Assembly: GCA_041557435.1 (NCBI GenBank)
Contig: JBFFGP010000001.1
Location: 1 to 34,222 of the forward strand
Source: Candidatus Deferrimicrobiaceae bacterium
Lineage (GTDB): Bacteria; Desulfobacterota; Deferrimicrobia; Deferrimicrobiales; Deferrimicrobiaceae
Length of the DNA: 34,222 nt
Direction of reading: 5' to 3'
This document shows, one piece after another, positions 26,051-34,222 of this stretch. The notes under the pieces are model-generated. The model was given only the letters and a program-made list of their open reading frames with translations, made no database searches and was not told the origin of the DNA. The translations under genes and the position numbers were made by a program. Each line of letters begins with the position of its first letter. Positions within the stretch are counted from its first letter, which is position 1.

Positions 26051-26706
26051 ATCCGGAGAAACTCCCTTGCCCGCTCCCGGATCCCCGGGCCGCCGAACAG
26101 GTCCGAGATCACTGCGAATCCGGCTGCTCCCGCCCGGATCACCTCCCGGACGTTCTGCCGGGTGATCCCGGAAATGGCGATCGCGGGGAGGGAGACAGCT
26201 CCCGCCACCTCCGTGACAAGCGTCAGCCCCCCGGGCTCCCGAGTGTCGCTCTTGGTGGTCGTCGGGAAGATCGCTCCTACGCCGATATAGTCTGCCCCGT
26301 CCTGCTCCGCTCTCTTCGCATCGCCGACATTGTGCGTCGACGCTCCCAGGAGGAACCCCGGCGGGACCACCCTCCGTGCTTCCGCAAGGGGGAGATCGCC
26401 CTGCCCGAGATGGCACCCGTTAGCCTCCGCCATCAGGGCCGCATCGAGACGGTCGTTGACGATGAAGAGGGCCCCGACTTTTTCGCAGATCCCGGCAAGC
26501 CGCCGGGCCCGAAAGAACATCTCCCGGGGGGAGGCTTTTTTGTCCCGGTACTGGATGATCCGGCATCCTCCCGCTAACGCCTCCGAGAGGGCTATTTCCA
26601 GCTCCTCTTCGGGGTCTTTCGCTTCGAGGGCGATTACGGTGGGGTCCAGGATTCCGTAGAGCCCTTCGATCCGGGGGGTTGGAATGACGGCACGATTCCC
26701 GTTCAT
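26023..26706 (-). CDS. thiE: Thiamine-phosphate synthase
   Basis: LYGILDP...GGCRIIQYRDK...FIVNDR.D.A......G.HLGQ.DLP...GAS.H...GADYIGVG.IF.T.TK. Confidence 0.9.
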   Translation of the reverse strand: MNGNRAVIPTPRIEGLYGILDPTVIALEAKDPEEELEIALSEALAGGCRIIQYRDKKASPREMFFRARRLAGICEKVGALFIVNDRLDAALMAEANGCHLGQGDLPLAEARRVVPPGFLLGASTHNVGDAKRAEQDGADYIGVGAIFPTTTKSDTREPGGLTLVTEVAGAVSLPAIAISGITRQNVREVIRAGAAGFAVISDLFGGPGIRERAREFLRIWEEEKDRR

Positions 26707-28139
26707 CGGGATTTCCTTTTCCTGGGCAGGAGGGTGAGGGAAGACAACTTTTTCCGAAGGGTGTTCCGGTTGATCCCCAGGATCGCCGCAGCCTTGACCT
26801 GGTTTCCCCCCGTTGCCTCCAGGACGATCTTGAGGAGCGGCTTTTCCATCTGCCGGAGGAAGTAATCATGCAGATCGTTCTCGCTTTCGATCGCCGTCCC
26901 CAGTCGGCCGACGAACTCCCGGACCCGCTCCTCGATGACCTGCTCCAGCGGGGCGGAAGAGAGATCCAGCGCGCCATCCGATTTTGCCAGCTCCCGCGCC
27001 ACCTCGTCCCGCCGAAGGAGCTTTCCCGTGGAGAGGACGGCAAGTCTCTGCACGAAATTTTCGAGTTCGCGCACGTTGCCTTTCCAGTTATGGGATGCCA
27101 CCACCTCCAGTGCCTCCTTCGAGAACGACCGGGGGGGGCGGGAAAGGATCGCGCAATACTTCTGCAGGAAATAATCCGCGAGAAGGGGGATGTCCTCCCG
27201 TCTCTCCGACAGGGGGGGAACACGGATCGGGAAGACGTTCAGCCTGTCGAAGAGGTCCTCCCGGAACTTGCCGTCTGCGACCATCCGTCGAAGGTCCCGA
27301 TTGGTCGCCGCGATGACGCGCCCCCGGAACGGAAGGGTTTGGTTCGATCCCAGCTTCGAGTATTCCCTTTCCTGCAACACTCGGAGGAGCTTCGCCTGGA
27401 GGTCGGCCGGGAGGTCCCCGATCTCGTCGAGGAAAAGGGTGCCCCCCGCGGCAGCCGCAAGTTTCCCCTCCCGGGCGGTCTCCGCCCCGGTGAACGCCCC
27501 CTTCTCGAAGCCGAACATCTCCGCCTCCTGCAGGTCCCTGGGGATGGCGGAGGCATTGATCGCCACGAAATGGCCGTTCTGGGAGCTGAGCTCATGGATG
27601 CAGCGGGCCACAAGCTCCTTTCCCACTCCGCGGTCTCCCAAAAGCAGGACGGTGACGTCGGAGTTCGCCACCTTCCCCACCCCCTGGAACACCTCCAGGA
27701 TGGCGCGGCTCCGGCCCACGATCCGGGCGGACTTCCACTCCTCGGGGTCCTCCATCCGGAACGGCCGCTCGCGGGAGGAGGAAACCTTTGCGACATCCCG
27801 GAGCAGTTCCTCTATGTGTGCGATGTCGAACGGCTTGGTGATGAACTCTTCGGCGCCCGCACGGGTGGAGCGGGCGGCGGCGTCCGGGCGGCGGACGGCT
27901 GTCATGATGAAGAACCGGGTCGGGGACTTTCTCGCCTGGATCCGCTCCAGCACCTCGATTCCTTCCATGCCGGGCATGCGGATGTCGATGAAAGCCGCGG
28001 TGTAGGTGTTCCGCGTAAGAAGGGATAGCGCCTTCTCCCCGTTTTCCGCCAGGTCGGGTGCGAACCCCATCGACGCCACCGTCTTCTTGAGGACCCAGCG
28101 AATGCTTTCGTCGTCGTCGGCTATGAGGACCTTCTTCAC
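26703..28139 (-). CDS. Sigma-54-dependent response regulator, NtrC-like
   Basis: Receiver KKVLIADDDESIRW...FIDIRMPGMEG. AAA+ GDRGVGKE, GAFTGA (FEKGAFTGA), LFLDEIGD. C-terminal HTH GNQVKAAAILGINRNTLRKK. GTG start at 28139 overlaps the kinase stop (GTGA). Its stop overlaps the thiE ATG (ATGA). Confidence 0.9.
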   Translation of the reverse strand: MKKVLIADDDESIRWVLKKTVASMGFAPDLAENGEKALSLLTRNTYTAAFIDIRMPGMEGIEVLERIQARKSPTRFFIMTAVRRPDAAARSTRAGAEEFITKPFDIAHIEELLRDVAKVSSSRERPFRMEDPEEWKSARIVGRSRAILEVFQGVGKVANSDVTVLLLGDRGVGKELVARCIHELSSQNGHFVAINASAIPRDLQEAEMFGFEKGAFTGAETAREGKLAAAAGGTLFLDEIGDLPADLQAKLLRVLQEREYSKLGSNQTLPFRGRVIAATNRDLRRMVADGKFREDLFDRLNVFPIRVPPLSERREDIPLLADYFLQKYCAILSRPPRSFSKEALEVVASHNWKGNVRELENFVQRLAVLSTGKLLRRDEVARELAKSDGALDLSSAPLEQVIEERVREFVGRLGTAIESENDLHDYFLRQMEKPLLKIVLEATGGNQVKAAAILGINRNTLRKKLSSLTLLPRKRKSR

Positions 28140-29257
28140 GGGCCTGTTTTCTTTCCAGGGGTGATTGGAAGGGATATTGTAACCGTCGTGCCTTCTCCCT
28201 GCACGGATTTTATTTCCATTTTTCCGCCGTGCCGGGAGATCGATTGCCTCGCCATCACGAGTCCCAGGCCCGTCCCCTTCGCTTTCGTCGTGTAGAAGGG
28301 GAGGAACGCCCTTCGCATCTCCTTCTTGGACATCCCCACGCCGTCGTCCTCGATCAGGATTTCCACAAAGGATCGTGTCCGGCCCCTTCCCCTCCCCCAC
28401 CGGTAATTGACGTTCATCCGGGTTACGATGCGCACCGTGCCCCGCTCCGGGATGGCCTCTACGGCGTTCTTCAGGACGTTCACAACCGCACGGAAAAAGG
28501 TGTCCGGGTGTCCGGAGACATCGGGAAGGCTCGGGTCGGCAACGAACTCGAAGTGGACCTCCTTCCCCTGGGCGCGCACGTCCGCCCGGATGAGTTCGCC
28601 GGCTTCCCGAAGTGTCGGTAGGATCGGGAAGGGGCGGGGCAGAGGGGGGGGGCTGCCCATTTCGAGCATCTTCTCCACGAGCCCGTTGATTCTCTCCGAC
28701 TCCCGCAAGATCAGCCGGGTTCCTTCCCGGCGCTCCTCCTCGGAGGCCTCCCCCCGCATCAGCCATTGGGCAGCGCCGTGGATTCCCCCCAGTGGGTTCT
28801 TGATCTCGTGCGCGATCCCGTAGGCAATCGTCTGCATTTCCTCTGCGCTCAGTGCGGCTCTCTCCTCCTGCCCGACCATGCTGAGGATCTCGGCGGGTTT
28901 GATCGACAGCACTGCGCCATTCGGCTTCCCCGTGGAACCGGGCATGGGGGAGGCCCCGATGATGACGGGGAGCGTGCGGGTAGGATGGCCCAACGCCGCA
29001 TGCGCCCGGCGGGGAAGGCGAAGCTCCACGTCGTACCCGGTAACCGCTGCGTTCTCCTCCAGGGCCTTCCGCAGGATCCGTGCGGCGGCGGGGGAACCGC
29101 GAAAGACCGTCCGGTAATGTTTCCCCGCGAACGTTCGCGCCGACCCGTGGAGAATTTCCTCGGCGGCCGGGTTGATGTAGACGAGTTTCCCCGCCTTGTC
29201 GAACGCGAGGATCCCGATATTTACGGATTCAAGCGTCTGCTGGAAGAGGTCGTTCAA
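28136..29257 (-). CDS. PAS-domain histidine kinase, NtrB-like
   Basis: N-terminal PAS-like segment (GILAFDKAGKLVYINPAAEEIL). H-box GIAHEIKNPLGGI. HATPase_c (NVLKNAVEA, DDGVGM, GTGLGL). The only in-frame start is TTG at 29257, which overlaps the dusB stop. Confidence 0.85.
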   Translation of the reverse strand: MNDLFQQTLESVNIGILAFDKAGKLVYINPAAEEILHGSARTFAGKHYRTVFRGSPAAARILRKALEENAAVTGYDVELRLPRRAHAALGHPTRTLPVIIGASPMPGSTGKPNGAVLSIKPAEILSMVGQEERAALSAEEMQTIAYGIAHEIKNPLGGIHGAAQWLMRGEASEEERREGTRLILRESERINGLVEKMLEMGSPPPLPRPFPILPTLREAGELIRADVRAQGKEVHFEFVADPSLPDVSGHPDTFFRAVVNVLKNAVEAIPERGTVRIVTRMNVNYRWGRGRGRTRSFVEILIEDDGVGMSKKEMRRAFLPFYTTKAKGTGLGLVMARQSISRHGGKMEIKSVQGEGTTVTISLPITPGKKTGP

Positions 29258-30213
29258 AAGAATCGCTCGACGGCCAGGCGGAATTCGTCAAGGGTGCGCA
29301 CGCTCACGAGTTGGGCCCGAAATGCGGATGCGCCCGGGATTCCCCGGCTGTACCAGGCTAGGTGTTTTCGCATATCCCGGATCCCGGCCTCCCCGTACCG
29401 CCGGTGCATCTCCTCTCCATGCCGCAGGATCAGCGCCCTGCGTGCTTCCGGGGAGGGGCCGGCCGGCGATGCCCCCGGCGTGCCGGGCCAAGCGCCGACG
29501 GCAACCTCCCGGCGGATCGCGGAGAAGATCCAGGGATTTCCCATGGCCGCCCGCCCGATCATCACGGCGTCGCATCCGGTTTCCGAAACCATACGCCAGG
29601 CGTCCTCCGGCTGCTCTACGTCCCCGTTACCGATCACGACTCGGCCGGGGATCCCCTTTTTCAACCGGGCGATCTGTCCCCAGTCGGCCTTGCCGGAAAA
29701 CATCTGTCCCCGGGTCCGGGGGTGGAGGGTGACGGCTGCGGCCCCTGCGTCGAAGACCTCCCTCGCCACTGCGAGGTACGAGTCGGTCTCCGTGCCGAAG
29801 CCCGACCGGATCTTGACGGTGACGGGAATCTTTGCGGCATCGGAGGCGGCCCTTATGATTTTTCCGGCGAGAAGGGGGCGGGAGAGCAGAGCCGCGCCCG
29901 CTCCGCCTGCCGTTACCCTTCGTACCGGGCATCCCATATTGATGTCGACGAAGTCGAAACCGAGCCGACCGATCTCGGCGGCTGCTTCGCCCATCTCCTC
30001 CGGGACCGCGCCGAACAGTTGCGCTCCAATGGGGCGCTCCCTCTCCCCGAATCGGAGATACCGCTCCGTCCGTCCGGGCTGCATGAGCAGGCCCTTTGCC
30101 GAAACCATCTCCGTCACCGTCACGTCGGCCCCGTTTTCCCGGCAGAGGAGCCGGACCGTGCTGTCCGTGATCCCGGCCAGGGGGGCGAGGATCAATTTTC
30201 CCCGGAAATCCAT
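29254..30213 (-). CDS. dusB: tRNA-dihydrouridine synthase (DusB / NifR3 family)
   Basis: LAPLAGITD..VR......GA.V.VTEMVSAKG...DINMGCP..RV...G.GAALL...VTVKIR.G...HPRTR.Q. Confidence 0.9.
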   Translation of the reverse strand: MDFRGKLILAPLAGITDSTVRLLCRENGADVTVTEMVSAKGLLMQPGRTERYLRFGERERPIGAQLFGAVPEEMGEAAAEIGRLGFDFVDINMGCPVRRVTAGGAGAALLSRPLLAGKIIRAASDAAKIPVTVKIRSGFGTETDSYLAVAREVFDAGAAAVTLHPRTRGQMFSGKADWGQIARLKKGIPGRVVIGNGDVEQPEDAWRMVSETGCDAVMIGRAAMGNPWIFSAIRREVAVGAWPGTPGASPAGPSPEARRALILRHGEEMHRRYGEAGIRDMRKHLAWYSRGIPGASAFRAQLVSVRTLDEFRLAVERFF

Positions 30214-30522
30214 GATCTTCCTACTATATCACCGCCGCCGAAGGCGGAAACCCCGTGTCCGCTTCGGCGGTAAGGCTGGAGAAACGGGGACTTGCGTCCA
30301 GGACGATGTGATATCATGGGTACGCACGATGTTTAAGGAAAGGCGATGGGGTTCGCCTTCAACCGCCCGTATGGGCTGATGACCCCTGACCGTGGAGAAA
30401 GGATGCCCGGCCGGGGCTTGGGCTTTGAGGGGAAGGCAAGGGAACAATGCCCGCCGGGATCTCCCGACGGGCGTTGTCGTATTCGGGATCTTGCAGGACG
30501 AATAAAGGAGTGTCCGGGCACC

Positions 30523-32184
30523 ATGGCAGGTAACGTGATGTTGCGGGAGGATAGACCGGAGCGGCTCCTGGAGCGGCTCGTCGAGATCGGTGACCGTTTC
30601 CGGTTGCAAAGCCTGGATCCCCAGATCCAGGCATGCCGGCAGGGGCTTCGCGAGGACGGCGTAATCGACGTCGCCGTGCTGGGCCGGTTCAAGGCGGGGA
30701 AAAGTTCCTTTCTGAATTGCCTCGCGGACCGGGACGTCCTCCCCGTCGGGGCGGTACCCGTGACCTCGGTCATCACGGTATTGGGCTTCGGGGAGCGGGA
30801 GCAGGCGCGCGTCAGGTTCGAGGATGGCGGGGAGCGCATTGTCCCCGTCACGGAGCTCCCGAACTTCGTGACAGAAGAGGAAAACCCGGAAAACCGGAAG
30901 GGCGTTGCCCGGGTGACCGTGGATCTGCCCTCTCTTCGCATGTATCCCAACACCCGCTTCCTCGACACCCCGGGCCTGGGAAGCACCTTCCGGCACAACA
31001 CGCAGGTGACGATGGAATGGCTGCCCCGGGCCGCAGCCGCCCTGGTCGCCATCAGCGCGGACCAGCCGGTTTCGGAGCAGGACATCGACTTTCTGGAAGA
31101 CCTGGCCCGGCATACCCCCCGGATCGTGATTCTCCTGACGAAGGTGGATCTGTTGAGTGAATCGGACCTGGCGGCCGTCACCCGGCATGTGCGTGCCACC
31201 CTCGGCAAGGAATTGGGGACGGCTTTCCCGTTGTTCCCTTTTTCCTGCCGTTCCGGGGTAGACCATTGGCGCGGGGAGATCGCGGAACGCCTGCTCGGTC
31301 CGCTTGCCTCCCGCCGGGAGGAGGAGACGAAGGCCATCCTGTCCCACAAGATGCGCACCCTGATCCGGGAGCAGCACCAATACCTCCAGATCGCCTGGAA
31401 GGCGGCGAGCGCCCACGATTCCCTCCGGGAGAGCCTCCGAGGGCGGATCCTGAACGAACGCGTGCAGCTTGAAAACGTCCTCGATGAGGTCTCGCTGGTC
31501 GCCGGAAAGTGCCGGGAGGACGTCCGGGTGAAAATCGAAGGGAGGATTCTTCGCCACCAGGGAACGCTTCTGCGCAAGAGCCGGGAGTTGCTTGCGGGGG
31601 AGATGTCTTCCTGGCGGGGGAATCTCTGGCGGCTGACTCGCCGGTACGAGCGGTGGGCGCAGGACCACTTCACGCGGGAACTGGCAGACCTTTCCGCATC
31701 CGAGGCAGAGGGGTTTCAGGAGATGCTCCAGGACGTGCGGGGCCGGATGGAGCGACTGGTGGAGGGGTTCCAGGGACGCCTGGCGGACAATGTTCGGACG
31801 GTTCTGGGCATCGAGTTCGAAAGGTCCCCCGTATCCCTGGATGTGAGTGTCCCCTCCATGCCCGACACGTCGTGCGGCAGGGTGTTCGACTCGCACTTCG
31901 ACATCGTCTGGTTCCTCATCCCCACCACGCTGTTCGGACCGCTCATCCGCCGCCACTTCCTGCATCACCTGGGTTTCGAGACCGAGAAAAACCTGTTCCG
32001 TCTTTCGGCCGCCTGGAGGGAAAGTACCGGTTCGGAGATCGCCCGGCTGGCCGGGCAGGCGAAGAAGACCATCCGGTGCGAACTGTCCACCCTGGAGGAC
32101 CTTCTGGGACGACAAGCCTCCGAATCCCCCAGGATTTCCGAGGTGATTTCGGAACTCACGGGCTACCTCGAGGTTCCTCCGTAG
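30523..32184 (+). CDS. Bacterial dynamin-like GTPase (solitary)
   Basis: G1 GRFKAGKSS, G3 DTPGLGS, G4 TKVDLL, then about 330 aa of helical stalk-like sequence. The start is uncertain: ATG 30523 (AAGGAG at 30505-30510), ATG 30538, or the track start at 30346. Confidence 0.72.
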   Translation: MAGNVMLREDRPERLLERLVEIGDRFRLQSLDPQIQACRQGLREDGVIDVAVLGRFKAGKSSFLNCLADRDVLPVGAVPVTSVITVLGFGEREQARVRFEDGGERIVPVTELPNFVTEEENPENRKGVARVTVDLPSLRMYPNTRFLDTPGLGSTFRHNTQVTMEWLPRAAAALVAISADQPVSEQDIDFLEDLARHTPRIVILLTKVDLLSESDLAAVTRHVRATLGKELGTAFPLFPFSCRSGVDHWRGEIAERLLGPLASRREEETKAILSHKMRTLIREQHQYLQIAWKAASAHDSLRESLRGRILNERVQLENVLDEVSLVAGKCREDVRVKIEGRILRHQGTLLRKSRELLAGEMSSWRGNLWRLTRRYERWAQDHFTRELADLSASEAEGFQEMLQDVRGRMERLVEGFQGRLADNVRTVLGIEFERSPVSLDVSVPSMPDTSCGRVFDSHFDIVWFLIPTTLFGPLIRRHFLHHLGFETEKNLFRLSAAWRESTGSEIARLAGQAKKTIRCELSTLEDLLGRQASESPRISEVISELTGYLEVPP

Positions 32185-32253
32185 CGCCGGGACGTTACCC
32201 CGGAAAAGACGTTGGCAGGCGGGATTCCCCCCGGTCCCGAGTCCGGTTTCCCC

Positions 32254-32282
32254 TTGACCTGCGCGGAAGTCCGTGCTATGAA
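32254..32282 (+). promoter_or_regulatory. Possible sigma-70-like promoter TTGACC-N17-TATGAA upstream of the pyrophosphatase gene
   Basis: Read directly. The -10 is weak. Confidence 0.25.
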
Positions 32283-32395
32283 CTATGCGTTTTACTCATC
32301 GCCAGGGAAGCGAACGGACCCTCAGGGTTCGTGAAGCCATAATGGTTCCCGGCGGAATCTCGTCACATTTCATATCTTCCATACAGGGAGGGGTC

Positions 32396-34222
<1,827 letters not shown>

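Noticed and set aside
26051-26416. N-terminal 122-codon extension of the thiD ORF in the track
   Set aside because: The extension overlaps thiE in another frame and has no ThiD similarity. ThiD homology begins right after the ATG at 26050 (GRGKRPAVILAFGGFDPTGGAG).
26650-26760. TPP riboswitch expected upstream of thiE
   Set aside because: The thiE ATG overlaps the stop of the upstream ntrC-like gene, so there is no intergenic space. No TPP-like CUGAGA/ACCUGA core was seen.
28140-28766. N-terminal extension of the NtrC-like ORF in the track (687 aa)
   Set aside because: The extension overlaps the histidine kinase gene. The receiver domain begins at the GTG at 28139 (VKKVLIADDD), with a GTGA overlap to the kinase stop.

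Overview
Visibly GC-rich bacterial chromosomal window (GC judged by eye, not computed). It is almost fully coding, and I found no transposase, integrase, CRISPR array or prophage genes. There are three blocks. (1) 335-15066, all on the + strand: a sensor-less histidine kinase and a sigma-54 enhancer-binding response regulator, then a 229-nt regulatory gap with palindromes, an AT-rich tract and a -24/-12-like element. A tightly packed protein-quality-control cluster follows: single-domain receiver, dnaK, two tandem hsp20 genes, a J-protein, htpX, a ClpA-like double AAA+ ATPase, a DUF1844-like protein, HtrA/DegP and clpB. This sigma-54/two-component-headed chaperone-protease cluster is my best candidate for something undescribed. 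(2) 15144-23132, + strand housekeeping genes: ispE, spoVG, tRNA-Gln(UUG), prs, rplY/ctc, pth, rpsF, ssb, rpsR, rplI, and a dnaB interrupted by a 422-aa LAGLIDADG intein. (3) 23311-34222: a secreted CX5R phosphatase coupled to an MGDG-synthase-type glycosyltransferase. A minus-strand dusB(nifR3)-ntrB-like-ntrC-like-thiE-thiD chain with overlapping stops and starts follows, then a solitary bacterial dynamin-like GTPase. The window ends in a 3'-truncated membrane pyrophosphatase that is missing from the supplied ORF track. Other signals: a GGGGACAYTCC palindromic repeat upstream of clpB and, in frame, inside the clpB M-domain; an alternative-pairing hairpin before the second hsp20; and a 16-17-nt periodic GCGAG array at the left edge. 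All functional calls come from motif and family recognition by eye. No database search was run.
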